Source: Leucoraja erinacea (lineage: Eukaryota). Taken from it: a stretch of 64,000 bases of DNA. The notes beneath the pieces are model-generated. The model was not told where the DNA came from, made no database searches, and was given only the letters and a program-made list of their open reading frames with translations. Shown here piece by piece: positions 10,783 to 23,809 of this stretch (the stretch's first letter is position 1; each line of letters begins with the position of its first letter). Made by a program: the position numbers and the translations under genes. The stretch covers positions 44,888,001-44,952,000 of the forward strand of contig NC_073379.1 of assembly GCF_028641065.1 (NCBI RefSeq). The letters are read 5' to 3'.

Positions 10783-11190
10783 TTACATTCTTTGGGAGTT
10801 CTTCCTGCTTTTTGCTTCTGCATGGTACAAGACTTGGAAGAGGAGGAGAAACGCAACCTCCACAAGAACCTGCATTGTCTTCAAGGTGGGAGGATGCTGA
10901 TGGAAATTGTATGGAGAAGACTACATCCGATTTCCAGTGTCCACAGGTTTAGTTCATTGTGGTCAGAGTAAGGAGAAGTGCATGGGATGGAAACGCTCTT
11001 GCTATGTGGATTGATAGTCATTAGACCAGGAGTTTTACTGGCTTTACAGGTTTTACTATGTTTTACTAGCTAAAGAGTCCACAGTTCTGAATGTTTATCA
11101 GTGTCTCCTTTCAGTTTATAGCAATTGCTGGTCCTCATCCGATACCACAGTTTGAAGCATCATGAGGCAAATTACTAATATACTATTGTA

Positions 11191-11495
11191 GGTGGCACGG
11201 TGGCAGAGCTGCCTACCTCAGCAGGGACCAGTGTTTGATCCAGACTCTGGGTGCTGTCTGTGTGGAATTTGCACATTCTACCTGTGAACGCATGAGTTTC
11301 CTCTGGGAGAGTCGGTTTTCTTCCACAACTCAAAAACAGGCAGGTTTGAGGTTAATTGGGCTTCATAAATTGCCCTTAGTATCTAGGGAATGAATGTGAA
11401 AGTGGGATAACAAAACACTAGTGTGAATAGTTGATCAATGGTCAGCATAGAGTCGGTGGGCCAAAGGGTCTGTTTCCATGCTGTAAAACTAAAAA
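11191..11495 (+). mobile_element. V-SINE (HE1-like)
   Basis: GGTGGCACGGTGGC head through GGGCCAAAGGGTCTGTTTCC tail. Confidence 0.8.
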
Positions 11496-11579
11496 GGACA
11501 CTCCTCCTTTGTGCTTGACAGTCACCAGGAGTGTCTACTTGCAGCTTTGTAGCAGTGTTTGGTTTTACTTTCATGCAAC

Positions 11580-12095
11580 AGACAATAGACAACAGGTGCA
11601 GGCGTAGGGTCAAGCCAGCACCGTCATTCAATGTGATCATGGCTGATCATCCACAATCAGTACCCCGTTCCTGCCTCTTCGCCATATCCCCTGACTCCGC
11701 TATCTTTAAGAGCCCTATCTAGCTCTCTCTTGAAAGTTTCCAGAGAACTGGCCTCCACCGCCCTCTGAGGCAGAGAACTCCACAGACTCACAACACTGTG
11801 TGTGAAAAAATGTTTCCTCATTTCCATTCTAAATGGCTTACCCCTTATTCTTAAACTGTGGGCCCTGGTTCTGGACTCCCCAACATCTGGAAAATGTTTC
11901 CTGCCTCTAGCGTGTTCAAATCCTTAATAATCTTATACATTTCAATAAGATCCCTTCTCATCCTTCTAATTTCCAGAGTACACAGGCCCAGCTGCTCCAT
12001 TCTATCAGCATATGACAGTCCCCCCCCCCTTCCCGGGAATTAACAATCTGAACCTACGCTGCACTCCCTCAATAGCAAGAATGTCCTTCCTCAAT
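11580..12095 (-). mobile_element. CR1 LINE 3' fragment
   Basis: (GACAATA)n tail and reverse complement of the CR1 ORF2 C-terminus. Confidence 0.85.
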
Positions 12096-12678
12096 GATTT
12101 ACTGTACATAATATGATTGGGGTACCATAATTTTATCCAACAACATAGTCAACAGAAATATTTGCATTGTATCAATCAAAAACTGGTGATTGATATTCCA
12201 CAACCCTCTGCAAAGTACTTGATAAAATGCCAAGATGCTTTATTCAAAGGCTTATCATTATATAGTGTGGAAACAGGCTTTTTGGTATGCTAGTTCATTT
12301 TGACTCTCAGCCACCTATTTACATTAATCTACTGATGTTCACTAATACTCGTCCATTTGAATCCAGCAGAAACTTTGGAGGAGAGTGGCTTTTGTAAGCG
12401 ATGGCCCCCTACATGGCTGATGAAATCCTCAGTCATCTCGGCAAAGACAATAATTAAGAGTAATTAGAGTTTAATTATCAATGTATCAGGACCGGAACAA
12501 TGCAATTCCTTCTTGCTGCAGATTTGCAGGCAGATTTTTAATACAACAACACAACAAGTACATTTATAATAAATTATCAATTAGTCTAGGTAAATGAGAC
12601 CATCATAGTGCAAGAGAGGGAAATATATGTTTTTCAATGTGTTAGATAATCAGTAATGAAAAAAACTCAAGGCCTTAC

Positions 12679-12817
12679 CTGCCTCTCTTTTTGCATTTGG
12701 TGCAGTAAATGGCAAGAGCAAGGGCCTCTACAATGAGAAATATAGGCAATGCAGCTGAAATCAATCCAAATTTCCATGCCTTAATACCAAAAATAGAGAC
12801 ATCCGATTGGTTTATAC
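12679..12817 (-). CDS. Coding exon 3 (transmembrane helix)
   Basis: Acceptor TGTTTTCTACACAG, donor CAG|GTAAGG, 139 nt, phase 1-2. Translates INQSDVSIFGIKAWKFGLISAALPIFLIVEALALAIYCTKCKKRG: NxS sequon, about 22 hydrophobic residues, juxtamembrane Cys and a basic stop-transfer cluster. Confidence 0.85.
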
Positions 12818-13012
12818 CTGTGTAGAAAACATAACACATGCAAAAGTTAGAGTTCATTTGTGCATCTTTTGTGATGATGCTGATTAATTAATCGTCATTT
12901 TCATCACATATTTATGTATCTTCACACCATCTTTGGCCACTCCTAAGTTTTCAAGCAAGCTTTTAACCAGGGCTAATATCTTGAAATCAGTGGTCCCAGT
13001 CATGTGCTGCCT

Positions 13013-13365
13013 TAACCTGGAGTATTGGGTGCAGTTTTGGTCCCCTAATTTGAGGAAGGACATTTTTGCTATTGAGGGAGTGCATAGAAGGTTAATTCCC
13101 GGGATGGTGGGACTGTCATATGCTGAGAGAATGGAACGGCTGGGCTTGTATACTCTGGAGTTTAGAAGGATGAGAGGAGATCTTATTGAAACATATAAGA
13201 TTCGAGGCAGATAGGGCTCTTCAAGATAGCAGAGTCAGGGGATATGGGGAGAAGGCAGGAACGGGGTACTGATTGTGGATGATCAGTCATGATCACATTG
13301 AATGGTGGTGCTATCTCTAAGGGCCAAATGGCCTACTCCTGCACCTATTGTCAATTGTCTATTAA
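13013..13365 (+). mobile_element. CR1 LINE 3' fragment
   Basis: [16 protein letters not shown]...GDLIETYK and TGTCTAT tail. Confidence 0.85.
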
Positions 13366-13397
13366 CCATTATTGTTAGTTGATTAGAATAGTGTGTA

Positions 13398-13702
13398 AGT
13401 TTAGTTTACTTTAGAGATACAGCAGTTTAAAGGCCCTTCGGCCCACTAAGTCCACACCGACCATTGATCACCCGTACATTAGTTCTATGTTATTCACATC
13501 CTACACACTAGGGGCAATTTATAGAAGCCAATTAACCTACAACCAGCACATCTTTGAGACGTGGGAGTAAACTGGTGTATCTGGAGAAAACCAATCGGTC
13601 ACGGAGAACGTGCAACTCTGCACAGGCAGCACCCGTAGTCAGGATTGAACCGGGGTCTCGAGCTGTGAGGCAGCAGTTCTGCCACTGTGCCACTTTGCCA
13701 CC
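13398..13702 (-). mobile_element. V-SINE (HE1-like)
   Basis: Same head, V-domain and tail as the other copies. Confidence 0.8.
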
Positions 13703-13829
13703 CATAAGCTGTATTGTCTTGCAAATACTTACATTTTGTTCCTCTAGTCTGATGTCTGATCTATAACTCTGTTAATGTCTTCATCAGTAATAAAACTAAT
13801 CTCATATTTATTAACAGTAAACATTTAGT

Positions 13830-14030
13830 GCAAGTGTGAGGTGTTGCACCTTGGGAGGTTTAATCTAAGGGGAAAGTATACATTTAATGTCAAGATCCTT
13901 AACAGCAGGGATCTTGGGGTCCAAGTGCATATCTCCTTAAAGGTGGCGACATAAGTAGATAGAGTAATAAAGAAGGTACATTGTATGCTTGCCTTCATTG
14001 GTAGGGGAATCAAGTATAAGAGCCATGAGG
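13830..14030 (+). mobile_element. CR1 LINE internal fragment
   Basis: AAGTGTGAGGTGTTGCAC (KCEVLH) and GGGATCTTGGGGTC (DLGV). Confidence 0.65.
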
Positions 14031-14261
14031 CTGAATAAATGCATACACAATTTTCTTTAAGAAGCTATAGAACCATCATCCCACAGTTCTGCCAAAAATT
14101 ATAAAGACATTTATAAATATAAAATAATTTTAAACCAAGGAGAAGTGCAAATATTTTATTAACATTTTAACTTGGCTTCAGATTTCAGCTGGGCTTTGAA
14201 GTATAACGCTGTGATAATCAAATCACTTATTGGATTTTACGCTAGGAAGGAAAAGTTACCA

Positions 14262-14291
14262 TCTATCTATCTATCATATCATATATCTATT

Positions 14292-14334
<43 letters not shown>

Positions 14335-14610
14335 GCATTTTGCCTTTGATTCGTTACTCTGCGAAAACTAGACACAAAAACGCCGAGATTTTTGCCATTT
14401 TGCTAGCGATTTTACTTTTACATTCGCACATCCACTCCTTGGTCAATTATTTCCCCAGATTTTGAGTAAAATTGATCACAAAACTCAAACAAAACTCAAT
14501 TTTAAAAACTAAACGGCTCTTACCAGCTGCTGACGTCACAATGCCCACATGCCGACCAGTCCAAGCCGCTTCCCTCTCTCTCTTCATTTGGCAGACCGGC
14601 ACTCCTCTAC

Positions 14611-14656
<46 letters not shown>

Positions 14657-15412
14657 TTTAGTGTGTGTGTGTAAGTACTCGCACCATGCCTCCCACATCT
14701 GGACTCCTACACCTGCCCGCTTGAACCCCCATTCGCTCAGAGCTGCCGCTCGCTCAGAGCTGCAAACCAAACCCACTGCAAGTCGCGCCGCTCGCAAGTC
14801 CTTTGAAAAAATCTTAGGAGCAGGCAAGCGAGCTTTGAAATAAACCTTGCCTGCTCCTAAGATTCTCTCGCCCTCGCCCTCCTCCCTCGATCTCTCCGAC
14901 CAGTCCCCCTCCCTCTCCCATTTGGCAGACCCCCTCTCCCCTCACCCCCTCCCTCTCCTCCCCCACCCTCTCCCTCTCTCCTCCCCCACCCTCCCCTGCT
15001 CCCCCCACCCTCACATTCCTCCACCCCCCCCATTCCTCCACCCCCCCCCCCCCTCCCCTCTGTCTCTTGCCCTTCTGTCTCTGCCTCTCTCACTGTCTCT
15101 GCCCATTCTCTCCCTGCCCTCACTCTCTACCCCCCCCTCCCTCCCCTCGCTAGATGCGCCTGCGAGTTAGGGGTTATGCGTCAGTGGATAGGGTGGTTAT
15201 GGGGTAAAAAGAGCTAATTAATAATATTCATATAATATCAAGGGGGTAGTTAGTGTTGGGGTGGTTAGTGTATGTGATGCCGCATGCCTTGGGGAAGCGG
15301 GTTGCATTGGGGAACCAGGCCTCCCGTGGGGGCTATGTGTGAGTGGTGCAATATTGCGTTGGGGACCAGGCCTCCCGTGTGGTAGGGACCCAACAGGTCC
15401 CACTTGGTCTAG
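14262..15412 (+). mobile_element. Non-autonomous Helitron
   Basis: 5' A|TCTATCTATCTATCATATCATATATCTATTAAAAC; 3' GGGACC-CAACA-GGTCCC hairpin then CTAG|T (15409-15413); contains (TG)n, poly-C and a C/T-rich tract. Confidence 0.88.
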
Positions 15413-15967
15413 TAGCTAATATAAATTAGACATAGTCAAATGCTACGATGCATTAACTAAACAAGTCATTACTATCAGCTTAAATGGAAAATTTCACATT
15501 TACTTGCGTCATAATAGTTCAGCATAAATACATTCCCTGAAGCAACTGTGGTATCAGCTGGACATCTGATGATCACAATGCAATTTTTGTGATGCATGGA
15601 AGATACATTCTCAAAGCTCAGTTAAAGAGAACCTTGTACCTTCACAACAAGGTTGATCTTTGTTCAATGCAGTTTGCTGAACTTCAACTGAAGACTGCAA
15701 GACTTCTCAAATTTAGACATTAACTTTAAGATTTAAAGATTTATAAATATACTTTCATTAAGTATTAGATTTCTTTCAGGATTTTATTTAAAAGTAATCG
15801 AAACTGTGCCTGGAAAAGTTTAAGTATGGAGTGTCCCTCATTTTCAATGGTAAAATAGTATACCTCCAAAATCACCAGCTTGGGTAAATGTAAGTACTGA
15901 TGTTAAGTTGAGAGGGATATAGAATGGAAAAGGTTTGAACCTACCAACCTGACCTCGAAATTATGCA

Positions 15968-16380
15968 ACATAGAAACATAGAAACATAGAAATTAGGTGC
16001 AGGAGTAGGCCATTCGGCCCTTCGAGCCTGCACCGCCATTCAATATGATCATGGCTGATCATCCAACTCAGTATCCCGTACCTGCCTTCTCTCCATACCC
16101 TCTGATCCCCTTAGCCACGAGAGCCACATCTAACTCCCCCTTAAATATAGCCAATGAACTGGCCTCGACTACCCTCTGCGGCAGAGAGTTCCAGAGATTC
16201 ACCACTCTCTGTGTGAAAAAAGTTCTTCTCATCTCGGTTTTAAAGGATTTCCCCCTTATCCTTAAGCTGTGACCCCTTGTCCTGGACTTCCCCAACATCG
16301 GGAGCAATCTTCCTGCATCTAGCCTGTCCAACCCCTTAAGAATTTTGTAAGTTTCTATAAGATCCTCTCTCAATCTCTTA
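15968..16380 (-). mobile_element. Young CR1 LINE 3' end
   Basis: (CATAGAAA)n tail; ORF DLIETYKILKGLDRLDAG...VVNLWNSLP. Confidence 0.9.
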
Positions 16381-16819
16381 CTACTTTAACTGTTGTGTCT
16401 CATCTGTATGTCTCTGAGATGGGAACAATATGCAAGGCTGGCTGCTCTTACTGGGAATCAAAGGCATTCAGCCAAACTGATGGAAATGGGTTTTGGAGTG
16501 GCCTTTAGCCACTGGGAAGGTATAGCTCAGACTTTTACTGTGGGGCCTGGACTGTCAGAATAACTTGTGATTCACTTATCTTTTTCCCTTGCAATTCTTT
16601 TCAAATTAGATCTCACTGGGTCAACGGCAACTTAAGCCTGATAATTAGATACTCGTGAGTCAAGGTGCAACTCTCCTCTTGGAACATTGTGTAGAAAGTT
16701 AGACTAGGCTGCACTGGAGACACCACTTGTTGAGTTCCCCCAAGACAACATAGTCCTATTTGCACACGGCCAAACTATCTATCGAACAAGAAGTCATGAC
16801 AGACAACAAGTGCCTATGC

Positions 16820-17250
16820 TGAAAGTGGCAACAAAGTAGATCGAGCGGTGAAGAAGGCTAATGGTTTGCTTGCCTTCATCAGTCTGCTACTGACAATAGA
16901 AGCCAGGAAGTTATGTTGCAAATTGATAAAACTTTGGTATGGCTGTATTTGGATTATTGTGTGGAGTTCTGGTCACCAGATAACAGGAAGAATATGAAGG
17001 CTTTGGAGAAATTTACCAGGATACCACATGAATTGGATACCGCATGGAATCTAAGGAGAGGTTAGACAAACTTGGTTTATTTCCTCTGGTGTGTCAGAAG
17101 CTAAGAGCTGGCCTAATAGAAACATAACATTAAGAGCGGCATAGATGGAGTAGACAGGCAAAGCCCTTTTCCCAGGGTGTCAAATATTAGCGGGTATAGC
17201 TTCAAGATGAGAGGGGGGGGGGGGGGAGGGGGAATTTAAAAGAGATATGG
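16820..17250 (+). mobile_element. Degraded CR1 fragment
   Basis: TTGGATTATTGTGTGGAGTTCTGGTCACC (LDYCVEFWSP). Confidence 0.65.
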
Positions 17251-17344
17251 AATCCTGCAATCTTGTCAGAGTTAAGATCCATTCCTGTCAAACGAGGCTT
17301 AAATGTAAACATGATTTTGACAGGACCTTTTTGTTATGACGGTA

Positions 17345-18073
17345 CTTTGGTTGTTAGATTCTTGCCAGCACAACAACCTGGCTCTCAATATCAGTAAAAC
17401 CAATGAACTGATTGTGGACTTTGGAAGAGGAAGGATGAGGACCCACTATCCTGTTTATATCTATTATTATGGTGGAGATAGTCAAAAACTTCAAATTGCT
17501 GGACGTGCTTATTTCCGAAGATCTTTCCTGGTCCCAGCACACTGATGCAATTATAAAGAAAGCACATCAACGCCTCTACTTCCTGAGAAGATTACAGAGA
17601 TTTGGTATGTCCGAGAGGATTCTCTTGAACTACTACAGGCATACAGTAGAGAGCATAGTGACTGGTTGGATCATGGCCTGGTTCGGCAACTTGAATGCTC
17701 AGGAGCGAAAAAGACTGCAAAAAGTTGTGAACACTGCCCTGTCCATCACCAGCTCTGACCTCCCCACCACCGAAGGGATTTATCGGAGTCTCTGCCTCAA
17801 AAAGGCAGCCAGCATTATCAAAGACCCACACGACCCTGACCACACACTAATTTCACTCCTGCCATCAGGAAGAAGACTTTTCAGTTTTCAGGCTCCTGCA
17901 CCTGTACCTGTACTGTACTGAGCCTGAAAACTGTAACTTCCAGGTTCAGGAACAGCTTTTTCCTTCAGCCATCAGGCTATTAAACACTACAATCTCAAAT
18001 AAGCTCTGAACTTCAATAGACATTTTTATTATTATTGCACTACCAGTGTTTCTTTTTTGTGTGTGTACATATA

Positions 18074-18122
<49 letters not shown>

Positions 18123-18270
18123 ACTTGTGAGTATGTGTATATATACACACTGAACCTTTATTATATTGTTTACAGTGTACTATGTTTACATATTCTGTTG
18201 TGCTGCAGCAAGTAAGAACGTCATTGTTCTATCTGGGACATATGACAATAAAACACTCTTGACTCTTGAC
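17345..18270 (+). mobile_element. Rex1/Babar-type LINE 3' portion
   Basis: NLALNISKTNELIVDF and EDLSWSQHTDAIIKKAHQRLYFLRRL motifs; 3' UTR ending AATAAAACAC(TCTTGAC)n. Confidence 0.85.
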
Positions 18271-18308
18271 CTGTAACTCATAAGAAAGAACATGTCTTAT
18301 TTACATAC

Positions 18309-18680
18309 ATGTATTTCCGGTACTGGTAATATAGGTGCGAGGAGGCATCAGCGTTGGTATTGTTTTGGTTCGATATTCTAAAGAATTCACAACAGATCGA
18401 TCACCAGTCACAGATTGAGAATCTAAGACTTCATCTTTAGATGCAAAATTTTCTTTTGGCTTGCTAGTTTCCTTGTTGACCTCACCAGTTACTGTTTTTG
18501 ATTTCTCGGAAGGCCACGGAGTCTCAGGGACACTTGACTGCGATGGCAAGTAGGTGTGAAGAGGATTCTTGGTGACTGCTGAGAGAAGAGAGAGAAGTTC
18601 AGCAAATGGATGAGAATTAAAGTTACTTCTCAAAAGCACGAAGATTTTAGCATGCTCTCAATGACGACCACAATCTCATG
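18309..18680 (-). CDS. Coding exon 2 (Cys/UGA motif plus S/T/P/E/K-rich stalk) of the same gene; two in-frame TGA codons
   Basis: Branch-point-like CACTAAT, pyrimidine tract and CATACAG acceptor (AG at 18682-18681); 372 nt, phase 1-1, donor CAT|GTATGT. Reads (A)*DCGRH*EHAKIFVLLRSNFNSHPF...YITSTGNT with TGA at 18678-18676 and 18660-18658, then more than 110 open codons. The donor is only moderate and intervening exons cannot be excluded. Confidence 0.55.
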
Positions 18681-19756
18681 CTGTATGTAAAATGCAAGGA
18701 ATTAGTGCAAATGAAAATAGGAAGATTTAATTATTTTTAATTCAACGCACAGCAGAAAAGTGAAGCAATTTTTTGAGTGAAATTACAGAACTGTTTAAGT
18801 TGGTATTTGAAAATCAGAGCACGGGGATGAGTTTCAGTGCATTGTTGTTTACTCATTGACAAACAAAAAATGAATAATAGCAGGCATTTCTTGTCTCCCA
18901 TGGTGTGCCCACAATACTTTCGAGGACACTCTGGGGTTGTGATTGAAATAAAGGCTCCAGATATGATGTCTGAATATTAATGCTTAATGATGGCAGTGGT
19001 AGCGGGGTGGAAGGGAGGGAGGTTGGTTGTTGCTCTTGGTGCAGCAGAGAGCCATGATTTCAAACTTATACAATTATTGATCCACATAAACTTAATAACC
19101 AAGCCTTATTTTCTTCATTCTCTGCCAGTACATTAATCATATCAATTTCATAATTAGCTGGCTATACTGTAGAACTGATGTATCAGGGGGCACACCCAAG
19201 AACACAGGGAATCAAGCTGCAGCATTCAAATATGTGGTACATGGTTCTGGGTAAATTGGACAGGAGCTTAATATATGGAGCACTTATGGGGAGGTGCAAA
19301 TGTGGAACAGAGAAAGCAGAAATGGAATGGAGGGAGCCTATAAATTCCAAAATAGGATATTTACCTCATGTAGAAGATAGCAAACATCCATCGACATATT
19401 AAAAATCTTATGAAGATCGTAAGGTAGATCTTGGTACTGCCAGCATAAATTGGGAATGTGATACTGCTCTTCCAAATGAAGTTCCCAAGATTGCTTGGAG
19501 AAAATTGGTCAAACGGTAGCAGTGTTTGGGTATGAAGAGAAAACTATTCAGATAATTGCCTGGCCAAAACTAGATTTATTAGTGTGGAGCAAGCAAAGAA
19601 TATGTTACCTAGCTGGAAGATCGAGGTTGTTAAGGTGCTTACTGATTTGTCCTTGCGCTTTATGGATCGTCAAAGCAAAACTTGACTGAATGGGGAATTG
19701 GGTCTGCTGAAGGGGAATGTCTTCGCCTTCTGTCAAATTGAGCGTTATCCTCGGAA

Positions 19757-20033
19757 TAGAAACATAGAAACATAGAAATTAGGTGCAGGAGTAGGCCATT
19801 CGGCCCTTCGAGCCTGCACCGCCATTCAATATGATCATGGCTGATCATCCAACTCAGTATCCCGTACCTGCTTTCTCTCCATACCCTCTGATCCCCATAG
19901 CCACAAGGGCCACATCTAACTCCCTCTTAAAAGCTATAGCCAATGAACTGGCCTCAACTACCCTCTGTGGCAGAGAGTTCCAGAGATTCGCCACTCTCTG
20001 TGTGAAAAAAGTTCTCCTCATCTCAGTTTTAAA
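19757..20033 (-). mobile_element. Young CR1 3' end
   Basis: Near-identical to 15968-16250. Confidence 0.9.
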
Positions 20034-20034
20034 T

Positions 20035-21138
20035 GAGAATGAGAACAATGTCAACTTTGAAGGCTCCCATGTTGATTCTTGCAATGATTAGATGATTATA
20101 TAGCTCTTCCACAATCATGCCCGTTCCATTGCATAGCTTTGGGGGTTCCAAGTTTCTTATTAACATTGGAGATCCTTTTTTCAACTCCAATTTGTGTGGT
20201 GGTAATCCAGAGATTTTGAGTGAGTCTTGAATCGAGAATGTGCAGTTCTTCCACCAGGCATTAATGTAGCTGCTATCCCAGAGGATGCTACAGCAATAGC
20301 CACATCACCTTGACCTCTAACTTGAGAGGATCAAATTGGTGATAAATGTTTTTTTCCGTTCCTCCTGGTGAATCAATGAAAAACATTGAAGGAAGCTTCC
20401 TTTTCAAGCAGTTGCACACCTTGTCATACACTGCTCTCTGCTCACCATTCAGGAGAGGCTCATTCTCCTCAACAAATTGCTGTTGTTCAGTTCTATCATA
20501 TTGCAATTCCTGCAGCAATTCTGGATTGTCATCATCAAGGTGCATCATCTTCCATTTCTTGGTCATGGGAAATGAAAGCATTCCATTGTTTTGTTGTAAT
20601 TCTCAAGCTTGTCTTGAATATACAACTGAGCCTGATCATGATGCTTCTCTTCAATCATGATATTAGGATCACTCATCGTTCTCCTTTCTTTTTCAAGGTA
20701 ATCTTCAGACATTGAATTCTTGAAGTGATCCTACAATTGTTGATGATTGTTGATCTCAGTATTTGTCAGCAAAACAACAAACAAATCTCTTATTGTACTG
20801 GGGAGCTTTGTCTTCACAGCATCTTCCATTGTTTGTTGCCAATGTACGTCAGTCTGCAACAAACCTCTTTGTCTGCAGACGTCTTTGAAAGAAGGATGAA
20901 TTTTTCCATCATGTGGCTTCAATGAATCAAAGGATACTGGCCCTTTTACGTGATGGAGAAGCAGTCTCAAGTAATAGAGGTCACCACATCTTGGAGACAC
21001 GGTATACACTCGTCCCAGAACATTGGCTTCAAAAAGACCTGGAAGATCTCCCCCTCTCTTCCCAACCTTCCTTCCCGTACTTTGCCATCTCTTATTGTTC
21101 CATGTGTAAAATCGGGAAACATCAGCATAGTAGAATGT
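20035..21138 (-). pseudogene. Helitron Rep-Hel (Pif1-family helicase) pseudogene fragment with internal deletion
   Basis: Minus-strand translations YADVSRFYTWN, LGRVYTVSPRCGDLYYLRLLLHHVKG, LNGEQRAVYD...FFIDSPGGTEK (motif I), VAIAVASSGIAATLMPGGRTAHSRFK, joined directly to SGLPPHKLELKKGSPMLIRNLEPPKLCNGT; several frameshifts. Confidence 0.9.
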
Positions 21139-22213
21139 TGACTAACGTAGGAGTAGAGTTCTGCTGTCATGGCCTGTGTAGGGGTTTTGCGTTTCCCTTT
21201 ATCTCCCTTCGGGCCCAACTGCCCGAGTTATTCTCTCCCTTGTCGGAGGGTCAAACGGCCACCACTCCACTCGAGCTGTTTCCAAGAGAGAGAATACAAC
21301 AAAAGGGATTCCCCTAGGTTCTAGACCTCGGAATTATGGTGGGATATGATAAAAGGTTGAATTGACCAGAGTGTGCTGATGAGGGAAAACAGAAACCAAG
21401 ATGGACTCAAAGCAAGTCTAAAATTTACAGGCTTTATTAAACAATGAGAAATCGAATCTCACCAACACTACATAATACGTGGCTAAACTTATGCTTTAAA
21501 CTAAGACTATGGACGGAAAACTATCGGGCACGTCGTAAAACTTACTTTACACAATTTTACCCCCCCCCCTTTATCTTCTCAACCTCTATCCTATTTCGGG
21601 AATTTCACCAGGTCACTGGGGTACTTACAGTTGGTCGACACAGGCCCATGAGCTGTCCAGCAGAGCAGAAAGAGAGAGAGTTATAGTTGGGCTCACGAGT
21701 TGTCCAGCAGAGCAGAAAGAGAGAGCGATCTGGCTTCTCCTGTTTTTATATTTGAGCTTACTTTGAAACCCCCAGGTGGTCCTCTGGATAAAAGGGTTCT
21801 TTTGATGATACTCAGTTTCGATCTGGCATGAACAATAGGCTTCCGATGATAAGGGGTTTACTGATGTCATGATCCCTCACCCTGATCGTTATCCCATCGC
21901 CTGGACGGGCTCCTATTGTCTCGATGGTCATCCAAGATGGTGACGGAGCTTGGGCTGGCCTGTTTACCACCGTCTGCTGAGGCTTGGTTCCTTCCTTTGT
22001 GTATCCAAGATAATCTTGTTATCTCTGTCTCAGCCTTTCCTCCCCACACCATTCGCCCAGTTGTTTGATGCCCAAGTCCACAGGCCAGACAGGTTTGTGG
22101 ATTGGGGTTTGTTTCCGTTGCAGCCAGCAAATTTGTCTTTTTAAAATGTCCATGTCCTTATCCGAGTTCTTCCATGATTTTGGAGGATTTGCCCCAATAA
22201 TTTACACCTGACA
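21139..22213 (-). mobile_element. Putative retroviral/LTR-retrotransposon solo LTR (about 1.07 kb)
   Basis: Minus strand starts TGTCAGG, then TATAAAA (about 21750), a duplicated 29-bp block, donor-like CTGTAAGTA (about 21630) and AATAAA (21438-21433); ends near ...AGTCA; no TSD or PBS found, and the left boundary is uncertain. Confidence 0.5.
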
Positions 22214-23132
22214 CTGCCATTCCCCTCCGGCTTCAGGAGGGGGCTGGTGGGGAGCACCCTGCAGGTGGGGACAGACACGGCTTCAGGCTGGGGTCAGTCG
22301 GGGGGGGGGGGGGGGGGGGAGCGTTCTGCAGCTGGAGACTGGGGAGGGCTTCAGGTGGGGGCCAATGGGGGGTCTTTCTGGAGGGCTAGTATGGGTGTTG
22401 TGGGCCGAAGGGACTGGTTTCCAGAGGGCTTCAAGGCACATTGTGGGCCTTTTCTTGGGCTAGTCCTGCAGCTGGGGATGTGGAGGCTTCAGGAGGGGGC
22501 CAGAGGGTGTATTCTCTAGCTGAGGTAGGGGGACTGCTTCAGGCAGGGGCCAGTATGGGGGGAGGAGCTCTGCCATGGCCTACCGCCAAAGCACAACCCC
22601 CTCAATCCCCCCACCCTCACTCCTCACTTCCCTAGGATCTCGAGGTTGCAGCAGTCAGCATCGCACTCGGCTGGCTTTTGAGTGGACGGCTTCTGGACTG
22701 ACTCGTGGCTTTTGGACTGACTACTCACTGACTCACTGAATCCAGAAGCTGTGAGTTAGTGAGTAGTGAGTCCAGAAGCCGCGAGTCAGTGAGTAGTGAG
22801 TAGCTGCAGTAAAGACGCGATGGCGCAGGAAGGGGCGGACCTTCACGAGTGACAGTAGAAGGGACCAATCCGCGTGGCGCTGAATGGCAGGAGAGGCAAC
22901 GATCTGCGAACGCGCGGTTTTAAAGTTTTTAAACCTTGATAACTTACCAGCTTCCACCAATTGGAACAAAATTTGGTGCAATCGCAACATAGGAGAACGG
23001 GTGAGTAAGCTGGCGTAAAATTGTAGCGCTACCGTGTACCATTTTTGCGCAAATAGAATGACCGCCAAACCGGAAGATAACAAGATCAGAGTTTTAGTTA
23101 TGTATAGATAGATAGATAGATAGATAGGTAGA
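22214..23132 (-). mobile_element. Helitron 5' non-coding end
   Basis: (TCTA)n-TACATAACTAAAACTCTGATCTTG, then AAAATGGTACACGGTAGCGCTACAATTTT...CTTACTCACC, homologous to the 5' end of 4701-5755. Confidence 0.75.
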
Positions 23133-23809
23133 TGGTCACATAGATGGGAAGTAACAAAATGTTTAAGGGATTTGGAAAGAGTGGTTAGAGACAGGGTAAT
23201 AGCTTGCAATGACAGTACATTCTTTGTAGCCGGAAGCAGAGCTGGCTTGGGAAGAACAGTTTCAAAAGATAGGGAACCATTTACAATCTGGAGAGTCGAG
23301 TGGTTTGCAATTTGGCGGAAATGGATTTGCAAAGGTACAAGTTGCTTTCATTTCGAGATATATTAAGGGAGACCAAAAAGGTAGAAAGGGGAGAAGCTAG
23401 AATGACATGCAATTTTCAAACACAGCTTGTTTTTAGTTTTCATTTAAATGAAAAATGTACCTTTTGTTTTGTTGAAAAATGGTGTTACTCTTTCTGAATG
23501 GCTAAAGCTGGCATTTGCAGAAGAATATTCAGAATTGTTTTGATCCAATGCAGAGTGCGCTGTTGAGATAACATTGTTTTCTTCAAACATCTCTGTTTGA
23601 GATGTTGTGTTGTCTATGAAAAAAAAATAATTAACAGCACTCTTCAGCAGGCAAAATGAATTCCATTATCCATCATTTAAAAAAATGTCAACAGAAACAT
23701 CAGATGATTTGGAATTTATTCCAACTGAGTATTTGTGAGGTACAACGTCAGAAATATCCACTCCCTGCTAACTAGGGGCAATTTACAGAGGCTAATTAAC
23801 CTGCCAACC

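Noticed and set aside
20967-21218. ORF MGPKGDKGKRK... as a retroviral gag start
   Set aside because: Most of it is an alternative frame of the Helitron Rep-Hel sequence, and no PBS precedes it.
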